This document shows, piece after piece, positions 48,499 through 59,840 of a stretch of 64,000 nt of DNA. Under the pieces are notes generated by a model. It searched no databases, was not told the origin of the DNA, and worked only from the letters and a program-made list of their open reading frames with translations. The DNA is taken from assembly GCA_965116475.1 (NCBI GenBank), contig OZ220691.1, positions 2,368,001 through 2,432,000 of the forward strand, in the 5' to 3' direction. The first letter of the stretch is position 1. Each line of letters starts with the position of its first letter. The stretch comes from Gemmatimonadota bacterium. Lineage in GTDB: Bacteria; Gemmatimonadota; Gemmatimonadetes; Palauibacterales; Palauibacteraceae. The position numbers were made by a program, and so were the translations under genes.

Positions 48499-51453
48499 AT
48501 GAGCGACCGGATCCGGGTCCGAGGCGCCCGGCAGCACAACCTCAAGGGCATCGATGTCGACATCGAGCGCGGGGCCCTCACCGTCCTCACGGGGCCTTCC
48601 GGCTCGGGAAAGTCCAGCCTCGCCTTCGACACGATCTACGCCGAGGGACAGCGGCGGTACATCGAGTCGCTGTCCACCTACGCCAAGCAGTTCCTCGAGC
48701 GCATGCCGAAGCCCGCCGTCGATCTCGTCGAGGGCGTGAGCCCGTCCGTCGCGATCGACCAGAGCAACCGCGTGCAGTCGAGCCGCTCCACCGTCGGCAC
48801 GATCACGGAGGTCTACGACTACCTGAGGCTCCTGTGGGCGCGGGTGGGGACGACCGTGTGTCCGGAGTGCGGGCGTGCCGTCGTGCCGGACACCGTGACG
48901 TCGGCCACCGACGCGCTGCTCGGTGCCGGCGCCGATGCCGGCCCCGAGGCGCGGCTCGCCATCGCCTTCCCCGTCCCCCCCGAGGAGCGCATGGACGGCG
49001 CGAGGGTGGTGCAGAACCTCCGGGCGCGGGGGTACGTCCGCCTCCTCGCCGACGGCCGCGAACTCTACCTGCCGGACATCGATCCGGACATCGATCCGGA
49101 CATCGATCCGGAGGCGGAGGAGGAGAAGGGCGGAGGGGACGACCTGCGCGCGTTGGCGGACGCGGGCGAAGCGCTCGTGATCGTGGACAGGGTCGCCTGC
49201 CGCGCCGAGGATCGCGAACGGATCGCGGATTCGCTCGCCGGCGCCTTCGCCGAGGGAAGAGGCGCCGCCGTCGCGCTCATCTGGCGACGCGGCGCCTCCA
49301 CCCCCGAGCGCCGCGACTTCGAAGAGGCCCATCGCTGCGGGGTCTGCGGCTCCGCGTTTCCGCGGCCCACCCCCCAGTTGTTCAGCTTCAACAGCCCCGC
49401 CGGAGCCTGCGACACCTGCACGGGCTTCGGCGCCGTGCTGGAGTACTCCCCCCAACTCATCGTTCCCGACCCGGCCCGTTCGCTGGACGAGGGGGCCCTC
49501 GATCCGTGGTCGAAGCCCCGCTACCGGCGCGAGCGCACGCGCCTGAGAGCGTTCGCCGCCGCTGCCGGGCTCGACGCGACCCTCCCGTGGGAGGCCCTCC
49601 CCCAGGAAGGCCGCGACGTCCTGTTGCACGGAGGGAGGTACGCGGAGGAACGCTTCCGGGGCGTGATTCCATTCCTCCGCTCGAAGGAGAAAAAGCGGTA
49701 CAAGGCATACATCCGCGTCTTTCTGCGCCAGTATCAGCTTCCCGAGCGGTGTTCCGGCTGCGACGGCCACCGCCTGAAGCCGGAAGCACTGAATGTGCGC
49801 GTCGGGGGGCGGCACATCGCCGAAGTCGCCCGCTGGACGGTGAAGGAGATCTCCGCCTGGCTCGCGGGCGGACTCGATCTCTCCGCCTTTCAGCGTGAGG
49901 TCGCGTCGACCATCCTCCGCGAACTCGAGCATCGGACCTCGTTTCTCGCGGAAGTCGGACTCGGGTACCTGACGCTGGACCGCCAGGCGCGGTCCCTCTC
50001 CGGGGGCGAGATGCAGAGAATTCGCCTCGCCAGCTGTCTCGGGAGCCGACTGGTCAGCACGCTCTACGTCCTCGACGAACCCACGATCGGCCTTCACCCG
50101 CACGACATCGACGCCTTCACCGGCGTCCTCGAGCGGCTCGCGAGCCGCGGGAATACCGTGCTCGTCGTCGAGCACGAGCCCGCGGTGCTGGAACGGGCCG
50201 ACCGCATCGTGGAACTCGGTCCCCGGGCCGGGGAGCAGGGCGGTGAGGTCGTGTTCGAGGGCGGCTGGAGCGACCTCCTCGCGGCGGAGACCGGCACCGG
50301 CCAGGCCCTCGCGCGACGGGCGGCCGCCGCCGGGCAGGGCGGCGCACGGCAGGGCGGTGCGTGGCAGGGCGGCCAACAGTCGGGTGGCGGCTCCCGACTC
50401 GCCCTGCGCGGCGCCCGCCTGCACAACGTACGGGGCGTGGACGTGGCGGTTCCGCTGGGGTCGCTCACGCTGGTCACCGGCGTCTCCGGCTCCGGCAAGT
50501 CGACGCTCATCCGCGGCGTGCTGTACCACGCCCTCGAGCGGGAGATCACGGACCGGTCCTCCGCCAAGCCGCACCTGGGCGAGCCCGCCGGCTCCTGGGA
50601 CCGGCTCGAAGGCGCGGAGCTCCTCGAGGACGTCGTGCTCGTCGACCAGCGGCCGATCGGCCGCACCCCGCGCTCGAACCCCGCGACCTACATCGGGGCC
50701 TTCACCCCGCTGAGGAACGCCTACGCCGCCCTCCCGGAAGCCCGCTCCCGCGGATACGAGCCGGGATATTTCTCCTTCAACCGTCCGGGCGGACGCTGCG
50801 AGCACTGCAAGGGCGCGGGGGAGGAGACGGTGGAGATGGTCTTCCTGGCCGACGTCTCCGTGCCCTGCGAGGCGTGCGGGGGCTCGCGCTACCGTCCGGA
50901 GGTGCTGGAGATCGGGATCCGCGGCCGCTCGATCCGCGACGCCCTCGACATGACCGTGGACGAGGCGATCCGCTTCTTCATCCGGCACGACCGCCTCGGC
51001 GCCCGGCTGTGGCAACTGCAGCGGGTGGGTCTCGGATACCTGCGGCTCGGCCAGCCGGCCACCACGCTCTCCGGCGGCGAGGCGCAGCGCCTCAAGATCG
51101 CCCGGGAACTCGCGCGCCGGGGAGGCGCGGGCCGCAGGCTGTACATCCTCGATGAGCCCACGGTGGGTCTCGGCGTGGCGGAAGTCGGCACGCTCGTCGC
51201 GGTGCTGCGCGAACTCGTGAAGGAAGGGCACGCCGTCGTCGTCGTCGAACACAACCTCGACGTGGTCGCGGAAGCCGACTGGGTCATCGACATGGGGCCC
51301 GGGCCCGCGGAGGACGGCGGCCGCATCGTGGCGGCGGGCCCGCCCACCGTCATCGCCGAGTCCGAAGCCTCGCTCACGGGCGCCTTCCTCCGCGCCCGGG
51401 CGGAGCGGCTGGCCGTCGATGGGGCGGTCGCCGCCGGCGCGGAATCGGCGTGA
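48499..51453 (+). CDS. uvrA: Excinuclease ABC subunit A homologue
   Basis: [19 protein letters not shown], zinc fingers, two LSGGE.QR cassettes. Confidence 0.92.
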   Translation: MSDRIRVRGARQHNLKGIDVDIERGALTVLTGPSGSGKSSLAFDTIYAEGQRRYIESLSTYAKQFLERMPKPAVDLVEGVSPSVAIDQSNRVQSSRSTVGTITEVYDYLRLLWARVGTTVCPECGRAVVPDTVTSATDALLGAGADAGPEARLAIAFPVPPEERMDGARVVQNLRARGYVRLLADGRELYLPDIDPDIDPDIDPEAEEEKGGGDDLRALADAGEALVIVDRVACRAEDRERIADSLAGAFAEGRGAAVALIWRRGASTPERRDFEEAHRCGVCGSAFPRPTPQLFSFNSPAGACDTCTGFGAVLEYSPQLIVPDPARSLDEGALDPWSKPRYRRERTRLRAFAAAAGLDATLPWEALPQEGRDVLLHGGRYAEERFRGVIPFLRSKEKKRYKAYIRVFLRQYQLPERCSGCDGHRLKPEALNVRVGGRHIAEVARWTVKEISAWLAGGLDLSAFQREVASTILRELEHRTSFLAEVGLGYLTLDRQARSLSGGEMQRIRLASCLGSRLVSTLYVLDEPTIGLHPHDIDAFTGVLERLASRGNTVLVVEHEPAVLERADRIVELGPRAGEQGGEVVFEGGWSDLLAAETGTGQALARRAAAAGQGGARQGGAWQGGQQSGGGSRLALRGARLHNVRGVDVAVPLGSLTLVTGVSGSGKSTLIRGVLYHALEREITDRSSAKPHLGEPAGSWDRLEGAELLEDVVLVDQRPIGRTPRSNPATYIGAFTPLRNAYAALPEARSRGYEPGYFSFNRPGGRCEHCKGAGEETVEMVFLADVSVPCEACGGSRYRPEVLEIGIRGRSIRDALDMTVDEAIRFFIRHDRLGARLWQLQRVGLGYLRLGQPATTLSGGEAQRLKIARELARRGGAGRRLYILDEPTVGLGVAEVGTLVAVLRELVKEGHAVVVVEHNLDVVAEADWVIDMGPGPAEDGGRIVAAGPPTVIAESEASLTGAFLRARAERLAVDGAVAAGAESA
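49072..49112 (+). repeat. Perfect 12-bp tandem repeat CCGGACATCGAT, about 3.4 copies (PDID), inside uvrA
   Basis: Direct inspection. Confidence 0.9.
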
Positions 51454-52508
51454 CCCAGGCCGGCGCGCCACGCGTCTCCATCCTTCTGCCGTGCCGGGAC
51501 GCCGAGCCGTTCCTGGGCGCGTGCATCGAGAGCCTCGCCGCCCAGTCCGAGCCGCGTTTCGAGGTGCTCGCGCTCGACGACGGTTCGGTGGACGGCACCG
51601 GGCCGCTGCTGCGGACGTGGGCGGCACGCGACTCCCGCGTCCGCCTCGTCGACCGCGACGGCTCGGGCATCGTCGCGGCGCTGCGCCGGTTGTCGGGCGG
51701 GGCGCGGTCGCCCCTCCTCGCCCGCATGGATGCCGACGACATCGCGCACCCCGGCCGCTTGGCCGCGCAACTCCGCCTCCTCGCCCGATGCCCCGGCATC
51801 GCCGCGTGTGGCACGGGCGTCCGCTACTTCCCGCGGCCCCGGCCCGGCTCGGGGTACCTCCGCTACGAAGGCTGGATCAACGAGCTCACCGAGCCCGCCG
51901 CCGTCGAGCGGGACCTGTTCGTCGAGTGTCCGATCGCCCACCCCACGCTGATGGTGCGGCGCGACGCCTTCGAGGCGGTCGGCGGCTATCGCGACGCCGG
52001 GGGACCGGAGGACTACGACCTCATCCTGCGGCTGTCCGCGGCGGGCCATCTCATGACGAACGTGCCGCGGATCCTCCACGAGTGGCGCCTGGGCCCGCAC
52101 CGGCTGTCCGAGCGGTCGGACCGCTACAGCCCCGACGCGTTCCGGCGCCTCAAGATCGCGCACCTCGCGAACGGCGGCATTCCGGCGGACCGGCCGCTCG
52201 TGATCTGGGGCGCCGGCAAGGTCGGCAAGGCCTTCGCGCGCGGCTGGCTTGAACGCGGGCTCGAACAGGGGGGCTCCGCGACTCGCGCCCGCCCGCTGGA
52301 GGCGTTCGTGGATCTGGACCCCCGCAAGATCGGGCAGAACATCCACGGCGCCGTCGTCCTCCGCCCCGAGGATCTCCCGGCGTTCGCCGCGCCCGCCCGC
52401 CCCTACATGCTCCTCGCGGTGGGCACCCCCGGCGCCCGCCGGGAGATCCGGGAGGCGCTGCAGGCCCTCGGGTTCCGGGAGATCGAGGACTACCGCGCCG
52501 TGGCCTAG
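51450..52508 (+). CDS. GT2 family glycosyltransferase with C-terminal Rossmann-like extension
   Basis: VSILLP, DDGSVD, ARMDADD, EDY; C-terminal VIWGAGKVGK. Confidence 0.88.
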   Translation: MTQAGAPRVSILLPCRDAEPFLGACIESLAAQSEPRFEVLALDDGSVDGTGPLLRTWAARDSRVRLVDRDGSGIVAALRRLSGGARSPLLARMDADDIAHPGRLAAQLRLLARCPGIAACGTGVRYFPRPRPGSGYLRYEGWINELTEPAAVERDLFVECPIAHPTLMVRRDAFEAVGGYRDAGGPEDYDLILRLSAAGHLMTNVPRILHEWRLGPHRLSERSDRYSPDAFRRLKIAHLANGGIPADRPLVIWGAGKVGKAFARGWLERGLEQGGSATRARPLEAFVDLDPRKIGQNIHGAVVLRPEDLPAFAAPARPYMLLAVGTPGARREIREALQALGFREIEDYRAVA

Positions 52509-53596
52509 CCCGTGGCGAAACCCCGCTCATCCTCGAGCACTTCCCACGTCACGTCATCGAACTCGCGCAACAGGTCCGCGCCGTAGGCGGTAGACGGGGT
52601 CTGGAAGCCCGGCTTGAAGTCGCCGGCCAGCGCGCGCGCCGCGATCGCGACGGCCACCGTAGCGGTGAAGCTGTAGGGATCCGGCGTCCGAACGCGCGCC
52701 GCCGCCCGCCTCCCCTCCTGGTCCTCGATCTCCGCGACCAGGATCGCGTGCGCCGTCCGGCGCGCCGACTCGCTCGGCCCCTCCGGTCCGCGATCGAGCA
52801 GGCGGTTCAGCAGCGCCTGTCCCGTCCGCGTGGCCAGGAGCGGACCGAAGCCACGCAGGATCCGCGTGAGGCGTGTGAAGCTCCGGGTCGCCTGCAGGTA
52901 CGTCTCGATGTTCGGTATTCCCGTGGAATGGAAGGCCGTCGTTACGTCTCCCAGCACCCCGATGAGCGCGGCGTCAGGCGGGGGCCCGAAGTCGAACGCG
53001 TGACGCAGTTGACCCGGTCGCACCGTCGCGACCGCACCGTCGCGCCGAACCCGAAACTGGCCGATTGCCTGGGCGACCGTGCGCATGGTGCCGCGGGAGG
53101 CGCCGCTGCGGGCCGCGAGCCCCAGCCGCAGGGTGCGGCCGCCCGGATGCCGCGCGGCGAGATCCGCGATCAGGCAGTCGCTGGGCACGACATCGAACCC
53201 GACGCCCGGCAGGACCATGATGCCCGCCCCGGCGGCCTCCCCCCCGCGCGCCGCCAGCGCCTCGAACACGTCGATCTCCCCGGTGATGTCGAGATAGTGC
53301 GCGCCCGTCCTCAGGCAGGCGTCGTACATGGGAAGAGCCGTGCGCGAGAACGGCCCCGCGCAATGAAGAACGACCGAGACGTCCTCCAGCGTACCGGCAA
53401 GCGCAGCCGGGTCGTCCAGCCCGACGGCCCGGGTCTCCAGGCCATGCGCCACGGCGGCTGCCGACGCCAGCGCGGCGAGCTTCTCCGGATCCCGCCCGGC
53501 GACGACGGGCCGCAGTCCGGACCGAAGCGCCTCGGCGATCACGAGGCGCCCGGTGTATCCCGTGGCGCCGTAGACGAGCAGTTTCGATTCACGCAT
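52505..53596 (-). CDS. Saccharopine dehydrogenase-like NAD(P)-binding oxidoreductase
   Basis: YGATGYTG, CAGPF, HYLDITGE, GFDVVPSD. Confidence 0.88.
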   Translation of the reverse strand: MRESKLLVYGATGYTGRLVIAEALRSGLRPVVAGRDPEKLAALASAAAVAHGLETRAVGLDDPAALAGTLEDVSVVLHCAGPFSRTALPMYDACLRTGAHYLDITGEIDVFEALAARGGEAAGAGIMVLPGVGFDVVPSDCLIADLAARHPGGRTLRLGLAARSGASRGTMRTVAQAIGQFRVRRDGAVATVRPGQLRHAFDFGPPPDAALIGVLGDVTTAFHSTGIPNIETYLQATRSFTRLTRILRGFGPLLATRTGQALLNRLLDRGPEGPSESARRTAHAILVAEIEDQEGRRAAARVRTPDPYSFTATVAVAIAARALAGDFKPGFQTPSTAYGADLLREFDDVTWEVLEDERGFATG

Positions 53597-53622
53597 GTCC
53601 CCAACCTACGGAGCGATTCGCC

Positions 53623-54234
53623 ATGCGTCTGCTGCTGTTCAGCGATCTCCACACGGATCTCGCCGCCGCCGCGTCGATCGTCGAGCGGGCCGCCGCCTTC
53701 GACGCCGTCGTCGGGGCGGGCGATTTCGCGGTGAAGCGGCGCGGTCTGGCCGGGATCGTCGAAGTCCTGGCCGCGATCGAGACCCCCACCGTCCTCGTGC
53801 CCGGAAACGGCGAGTCCGCCGACGAACTCTCCGCGGCCTGCCGCAACTGGCCGGCGGCGCACGTCCTGCACGGAGAGGGCGTCGACATCGGCGGCGTGCC
53901 CTTCTTCGGACTCGGCGGCGGCGTACCGGTGACCCCGTTCGGCTCCTGGAGCTACGACTTCACCGAAGAAGAAGCGCGGGACCTCCTCGCGACGTGCCCC
54001 GAGGGCGCCGTCATCGTGTCCCACTCCCCCCCGCTCGGCCACGCCGACGCCGACGCGACCGGCCGCCACATGGGCAGCAAGGCCGTCCTCGAAGCCATCG
54101 AACGGACCTGCCCCCGCCTCGTCGTATGCGGCCACATCCACGGCTCGTGGGGCGTCCGCTCCCAGTCCGGCGACACCCCCATCATCAACGCCGGCCCCCG
54201 AGGCGCGGAATGGCGCCTTGGAGAAGTGCTGTGA
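53623..54234 (+). CDS. Calcineurin-like metallophosphoesterase
   Basis: SDLH, GD, PGN, SHSPP, CGHIH. Confidence 0.88.
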   Translation: MRLLLFSDLHTDLAAAASIVERAAAFDAVVGAGDFAVKRRGLAGIVEVLAAIETPTVLVPGNGESADELSAACRNWPAAHVLHGEGVDIGGVPFFGLGGGVPVTPFGSWSYDFTEEEARDLLATCPEGAVIVSHSPPLGHADADATGRHMGSKAVLEAIERTCPRLVVCGHIHGSWGVRSQSGDTPIINAGPRGAEWRLGEVL

Positions 54235-54327
54235 CCAGGAGATCGCTCGCTTGGTCTAGGGAGTTGGGGCAACAGGTCCCGAACCACACCGTACGCGGAG
54301 CTCCGCCCTGAGTTGGGAGAAGCTGGA

Positions 54328-55404
54328 ATGAGACGTTCGAGTAGCTGCTTCGACTTCCTTGGGTTCGTGAGAACAGTCGGTGCAGTGGCCGCGTTGGCCG
54401 CTGGAGGTGCGGATCTGGTAGGTCAGGAGCCCGACTGCGGCGGGCGAGGGGTGCTCCGGGTGGTGGTGTTCGACCAGTCCGGGTCGGTCCCGATTCCGGG
54501 GGCGACGGTCGTCCTGCGGTGGACCGATGCGGAAAGCGCGCGAAGGCCGGTGCGGGAGGACGCCGGGTCCCAGGGGCAACTTGTCCTCTGCGCCCCTCGC
54601 GACGCCCGGCAGGCCACGGTATGGGCCGAGTTCGGGGACGCGTCGAGCGACGAGGCCGTAGTTCCCATCGTGGCTGGGACCTCGCGAGAGGCGAGGCTCC
54701 TGCTTCATCTGGGCCAGGTACGGACGGGACGCCTGATCGGCGAGGTGCGGGACGCTCTCGCCGACAACCCCGTTGCGGCGGCCGCGGTGTCAGTGCTTGG
54801 GGGGACGGAGGTGGCCGAGACCAATCGTATGGGGCGGTTCATCCTGAGCGGCGTCCCGGTCGGCGTCCAGGAGCTTTCGGTGCGGCATCTGGGCTACGCG
54901 CCCCTTACCCATGAGGTCACGGTATCGCGCGGCATCACAACGGAGGTCGAGGTCGGGCTGGTTCCGGAGCCCGTGGAGATGGCGCCGATCGTGGCTACGG
55001 CGCCGAGATCCCGCCGCTTGGAGATCAAGGGGTTCTACGAGCGGAAATACTGGGGCGAACTCGTCAGCGGGGGCACCTTTCTCACCGCCGCCGACATCGA
55101 GCGCCGCAGACCCGTGCTCATCTCGCACATGATTGCCGACGAGGCGGGGATCCGGTTGGAGTGCGGCCTCAGGGTGTCCAGCTGCAGAGTACTGAACAGG
55201 CGGGGAGCCTCGCGGTTTGTGCCCGGCGGCTGTGAGATGAGCATCTGGGTCGATGGCGTCAACATCGGAAAGGGAGGACCTGATACCGTTGTAAGGCCGG
55301 TCGAGATCGCCGGAGTCGAAATCTACAAGGGACCCGCCTCCCTTCCGGCCGAATTCGCCGGATCCGATTCCGGGTGCGGGGTCGTCGTCATCTGGACGAA
55401 GTAA
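54328..55404 (+). CDS. Secreted protein with two carboxypeptidase-regulatory-like domains and C-terminal TonB-plug-like domain, no barrel
   Basis: PIPGATV, TN..GRF.L.GVP.G...L.VRHLGY; C-terminal EIAGVEIYKG..CGVVVIWTK. Confidence 0.75.
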   Translation: MRRSSSCFDFLGFVRTVGAVAALAAGGADLVGQEPDCGGRGVLRVVVFDQSGSVPIPGATVVLRWTDAESARRPVREDAGSQGQLVLCAPRDARQATVWAEFGDASSDEAVVPIVAGTSREARLLLHLGQVRTGRLIGEVRDALADNPVAAAAVSVLGGTEVAETNRMGRFILSGVPVGVQELSVRHLGYAPLTHEVTVSRGITTEVEVGLVPEPVEMAPIVATAPRSRRLEIKGFYERKYWGELVSGGTFLTAADIERRRPVLISHMIADEAGIRLECGLRVSSCRVLNRRGASRFVPGGCEMSIWVDGVNIGKGGPDTVVRPVEIAGVEIYKGPASLPAEFAGSDSGCGVVVIWTK

Positions 55405-55588
55405 CCCCCGTCCCGTCCCGCCCTTCCCACCCGCAGTCCACATAACCCCCCGGCGCGGATTCAGGTCGCGAGACACCCGCGAAACCCGTAAGTTGTAGGC
55501 TCCTTTCGAGCGTGGCCGGGCTCCTGCCAAAGCCCCCGGCTGCCGCGTCCTCGAGGATCTCGAAAACGCCAGTTTCCAGCGGGAATCC

Positions 55589-58126
55589 ATGACCACCGAG
55601 AGTATAGAACGCGTCGAGCAGAGACCGCTCGAAGAAGAGATGCGCGAATCGTTCATCGACTACTCGATGAGCGTCATCGTGCAGCGGGCCCTGCCCGACG
55701 TTCGCGACGGCCTGAAGCCGGTCCACCGGCGGATCCTGTACGCGATGCACGAGGCCGGCCTCGGCCCGACCCGGCCCTACCGAAAGAGCGCCACCGTCGT
55801 CGGCGATGTGATCGGCAAATACCACCCGCACGGCGATTCGGCCGTCTACGATTCGCTCGTCCGCATGGCGCAGGAGTTTTCGCTCCGCTACCCGCTCGTA
55901 GACGGACAGGGCAACTTCGGGTCCGTGGATGGCGACTCCGCCGCGGCCTACCGGTACACGGAGGCCCGGCTCGCCGGATTCGCGAGCGAGCTCCTCGGGG
56001 ACATCGACAAGAACACCGTCGACCACACCCCGAACTTCGACGATCGGCTGCAGGAGCCGACCGTGCTCCCCTCCGCGCTCCCCAACCTCCTCGTCAACGG
56101 CTCGTCCGGCATCGCGGTGGGCATGGCCACGAACATCCCCCCGCACAACCTCCGCGAGGTGGCCGCCGCCTGTCACCGCCTCATCGAGGCGCCCGCCACG
56201 ACGCTCGACGAGTTGATGGAGATCGTCCAGGGTCCCGACTTCCCGACCGGGGGCACGATCTTCGGCGGCGCCGGGATCCGCGAAGCCTACCGGCAGGGCC
56301 GCGGCCGCGTCGTGATGCGCGCGAAGGCGGATATCGAGGAGGGACGGGACGGCCGCGACCGCATCATCATCCGCGAGATCCCCTTCATGGTGAACAAGAC
56401 CCGCCTCATCGAGCAGATCGCGGGTCTCGTGCGCGACAAGAAAGTCACGGACATCTCCGACCTCCGCGACGAGTCCGACCGGGACGGGATCCGGGTGGTC
56501 ATCGAGCTGAAACGCGACGCGGTGCCGCAGATCGTCCTCAACCAGCTCTTCAAGGGCACGCAGCTCCAATCCACCTTCGGCGTCATCATGCTCGCGCTCG
56601 TAGGCGGCGAGCCGCAGGTGATGGACCTCAAGACGATGCTCGCGCACTTCCTCGAACACCGGCACGAGGTCGTGGAGCGGCGGACGCGCTTCGAGTACGG
56701 CGTGGCGAAGGACCGGGAACACGTCCTCGAGGGGCTCAAGGTCGCGGTCGACAACATCGACGAAGTCATCCGCATCATCCGCGCCTCCCCCGAGACGGAG
56801 GTCGCGAGCGCGGAACTCCGCTCCGCCTTCGATCTCAGCGAGCGCCAGGCCGACGCGATCCTGAACATGCGGCTCGCGCGCCTCACGGGCCTCGAGATCG
56901 AGAAACTCGAGGAGGAACTGGAGAAGGTCCGCGCGCGCCGGCAGGAACTCGAGGCCATCCTCGCCTCGCGCGACCTGCGGATGGAGATCGTCGGGAACGA
57001 GCTGTCGACCCTCGTCGACAAGTTCGGGGACGAACGCCGAACCGAGATCGTGCCCGACACCTCGGACCTCACCGATGAGGACCTCATCGCCGAAGAGCGG
57101 ATGGTCATCACCGTCTCGCACACCGGCTACATCAAGCGCATCGAGCCCCAGGTCTACCGGGCGCAGCGGCGCGGGGGGCGCGGGATCGCGGGCATGGGCA
57201 CGAAGGAAGAGGACTGGGTGGAGCACCTCTTCCTCGCCTCCACCCACGACTACCTCCTCATCTTCACGACCGCGGGCCGGATGTACTGGCTCAAGGTGTA
57301 CCAGATTCCCCCCGCCCGGCGGACCGCGCGCGGGAAGCCGATCGTGAACCTGCTCCAGATGGCGAAGGACGAAAAAATCGCTTCCATCGTCAGGGCGCGG
57401 GAGTTCACCGAGGACCGCTTCCTCATCTTCGCTACCCGCCGCGGACTGGTGAAGAAGACAAGCCTCGCCGCCTACCGGAACGTCCGCGCTCCGGGTCTTC
57501 GCGCCATCAACATCCTCGAGGACGACCGGCTCATCGACGTCAAGGTCAGCGACGGCTCGAACGATGTCGTCCTTGCGACACGACGGGGGAGGGCGATTCG
57601 GTTCCGCGAAGGAGACGTGCGGGAGGTTGGGCGCGTCGCCCAGGGTGTACGCGGCATCAGGCTCCAGGGGGGAGACACCGTCGTCGGAATGGTGGTCGCG
57701 CGGCGGGGCGGCTCCCTCATGACCGCGACGGATCTGGGGATCGGCAAGCGGAGCCACGTAGACGACTATCGCCTCACGAGACGCGCCGGACAGGGAGTGA
57801 TCAACCTGAAGGTCACGGAGCGGTCGGGTGAAGTGGCGGCGATCCGGGAGGTGACGGACGACGACGAGTTGATGTTCGTGACCCGCAACGGCGTCATAAA
57901 CCGGCAACGGGCAGCGGAGATCCGCGTGATCGGACGCAACACGCAGGGCGTGCGGCTCGTTTCCCTCGACGATGGGGATGAGCTCGTGGATGTCGCCGGT
58001 CTGATCGATCCGATCGGGACGGACGAGGGGGAGGATGAAGATCGGGAGCCGGACGCCTCGGTCCGCGCCGATGGCGAGTCCGAGCTGAGCGACCCCGCAG
58101 GCGCCGAAGCCGGGAACGCCGAGTGA
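55589..58126 (+). CDS. gyrA: DNA gyrase subunit A
   Basis: [25 protein letters not shown], GyrA-box QRRGGRG. Confidence 0.97.
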   Translation: MTTESIERVEQRPLEEEMRESFIDYSMSVIVQRALPDVRDGLKPVHRRILYAMHEAGLGPTRPYRKSATVVGDVIGKYHPHGDSAVYDSLVRMAQEFSLRYPLVDGQGNFGSVDGDSAAAYRYTEARLAGFASELLGDIDKNTVDHTPNFDDRLQEPTVLPSALPNLLVNGSSGIAVGMATNIPPHNLREVAAACHRLIEAPATTLDELMEIVQGPDFPTGGTIFGGAGIREAYRQGRGRVVMRAKADIEEGRDGRDRIIIREIPFMVNKTRLIEQIAGLVRDKKVTDISDLRDESDRDGIRVVIELKRDAVPQIVLNQLFKGTQLQSTFGVIMLALVGGEPQVMDLKTMLAHFLEHRHEVVERRTRFEYGVAKDREHVLEGLKVAVDNIDEVIRIIRASPETEVASAELRSAFDLSERQADAILNMRLARLTGLEIEKLEEELEKVRARRQELEAILASRDLRMEIVGNELSTLVDKFGDERRTEIVPDTSDLTDEDLIAEERMVITVSHTGYIKRIEPQVYRAQRRGGRGIAGMGTKEEDWVEHLFLASTHDYLLIFTTAGRMYWLKVYQIPPARRTARGKPIVNLLQMAKDEKIASIVRAREFTEDRFLIFATRRGLVKKTSLAAYRNVRAPGLRAINILEDDRLIDVKVSDGSNDVVLATRRGRAIRFREGDVREVGRVAQGVRGIRLQGGDTVVGMVVARRGGSLMTATDLGIGKRSHVDDYRLTRRAGQGVINLKVTERSGEVAAIREVTDDDELMFVTRNGVINRQRAAEIRVIGRNTQGVRLVSLDDGDELVDVAGLIDPIGTDEGEDEDREPDASVRADGESELSDPAGAEAGNAE

Positions 58127-59121
58127 CCGGGGCTGTCGCCACCCTCGTTTCACTCGCCGACGTCGAGGCCGCGCACGAGCGGATTCGCGGAGCGGTTCGG
58201 CGTACGCCGCTCATCCCCGCCCCGTTCCCGCGCGCGGGCGGGCGCGGGGCGACCGACGCGCCGGACGGCGTGTGGCTGAAGTGCGAGAACCTCCAGCGCG
58301 TCTCCGCCTTCAAGGCGCGCGGCGCGTACAACTACGTGAGCCGGCTCTCGCCGGAGGCGCGGGCCGCGGGCCTCCTCACCTATTCGTCGGGCAATCACGC
58401 GCAGGCCGTGGCGTGGGCCGCCCGCGCGTTCGGCGTGCCGGCGCGAATCGTGATGCCGGTCGATGCCCCGGGCGTGAAGCGTGAGGCGACGATCGCCCTC
58501 GGGGCGGAGGTCGAACTCGAAGGCACGACGTCGGCCGAGCGCAAGGCGCGCGCCGAGCAGATTCAGCGCGAGGTCGGCGGGACGATGGTGCCGCCGTTCG
58601 ACGACCCCGACATCATCGCGGGGCAGGGGACCGTGGCCCTCGAGATCATCGAGCAACTCGGCTCCCGGGAACCGGGGATGGTGCTGGCCCCGATCGGCGG
58701 CGGCGGGCAACTGTCGGGCGTCGCGGCCGCCGTGCGGCGCCGGTGCCCGGAGGCCGAGGTGATCGGCGTCGAGCCCGAGGGGGCGGCCTCGATGCTGCGC
58801 TCGCTCGAGCACGGCGGGCCCGTCACGCTCGACCGTGTGTCCACGGTCGCCGACGGCCTCAAGCCGGTCCGCCCCGGCGACCTCACCTTCGCCCACTGCC
58901 GCGACCTGGTGGATCGCGTGATCACGGTCGACGACGAGGCGATCCGGGACGCCGTGCGCTGGCTCTTCGGTCTGCGGCTCGTCGTGGAACCATCCGGAGC
59001 CGCCACGGTGGCGGCGCTCCTCGGCGGCGCGGTGACGCCCGCGGCGCGGGGAGAGACCGTGGCGATCCTGTCCGGCGGCAACATCGAGCCCGCGCTCCTC
59101 GCCGACTGGGTCGGCGGTTGA
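58123..59121 (+). CDS. Threonine/serine dehydratase (PLP fold II)
   Basis: [32 protein letters not shown]. Confidence 0.9.
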   Translation: MTGAVATLVSLADVEAAHERIRGAVRRTPLIPAPFPRAGGRGATDAPDGVWLKCENLQRVSAFKARGAYNYVSRLSPEARAAGLLTYSSGNHAQAVAWAARAFGVPARIVMPVDAPGVKREATIALGAEVELEGTTSAERKARAEQIQREVGGTMVPPFDDPDIIAGQGTVALEIIEQLGSREPGMVLAPIGGGGQLSGVAAAVRRRCPEAEVIGVEPEGAASMLRSLEHGGPVTLDRVSTVADGLKPVRPGDLTFAHCRDLVDRVITVDDEAIRDAVRWLFGLRLVVEPSGAATVAALLGGAVTPAARGETVAILSGGNIEPALLADWVGG

Positions 59122-59840
59122 CCGTCTCCAACGGCGCTCCGTCATGGGCTGCGAAGCTCGTGCTGTTCGACATCGACGGGACGCTGGTGCACGCGGCGGG
59201 GGTCGGCCGCGCGGCCATCGAGGGCGCGATGGTCGAAGTGTACGGGACGCCCGGTCCCATCGACGATCTCCCCTTCGACGGCATGACGGACCCGCAGATC
59301 GTGCGCACGCTCCTCCGCGCCGAAGGCCTGTCCGAAGCCGAGATCGCGCCGGGGTTCGACCGACTGTGGCCCGCCTACGCAGCCCGGCTGGAAGACGAGA
59401 TCGACGAGCGGCGCGAACGAATGCGCCCGACGCCGGGCGTCCCCGAGATCCTCGATGCGCTCGAGGCCGAGGGGGCGACGCTCGGGCTCCTGACGGGCAA
59501 CATCGTCTCCGGCGCCGAGGGCAAGCTTTCGGCGGTCGGGCTCTGGGGCCGCTTTCCGTTCGGCGCCTTCGGATGCGACGACGCGGACCGGAACCGCCTG
59601 CCGCCCATCGCGCTCGAGCGGGCCTTCCGCCACACCGGCACGCGCTACGGCCCGGGCCGCACCTGGATCATCGGGGACACCCCGCACGACATCGAGTGCG
59701 CCCTCGGGTCCGGTCTCTCCGTGCTCGGCGTGGCCACCGGGCGCTTCTCCGTGGACGACCTTCGCCGGGCCGGCGCCGATGAAGCTCTTGCCTCGCTCCG
59801 GGACACCGGCCGCGTGATGTCGGCCCTGGCAAGCGCATGA
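59118..59840 (+). CDS. HAD family hydrolase
   Basis: TTG start in a TTGA overlap; FDIDGT, LTGN, IGDT..D. Confidence 0.88.
   Translation: MTVSNGAPSWAAKLVLFDIDGTLVHAAGVGRAAIEGAMVEVYGTPGPIDDLPFDGMTDPQIVRTLLRAEGLSEAEIAPGFDRLWPAYAARLEDEIDERRERMRPTPGVPEILDALEAEGATLGLLTGNIVSGAEGKLSAVGLWGRFPFGAFGCDDADRNRLPPIALERAFRHTGTRYGPGRTWIIGDTPHDIECALGSGLSVLGVATGRFSVDDLRRAGADEALASLRDTGRVMSALASA

Noticed and set aside
46531..51627. 1698-aa ORF suggesting a giant ABC fusion
   Set aside because: The upstream two thirds is the stop-free antisense shadow of uvrA; the real ABC protein starts near 48423
55405..55588. oriC or DnaA boxes upstream of gyrA
   Set aside because: Only a weak partial TCCACA match; no box cluster and no AT-rich unwinding element
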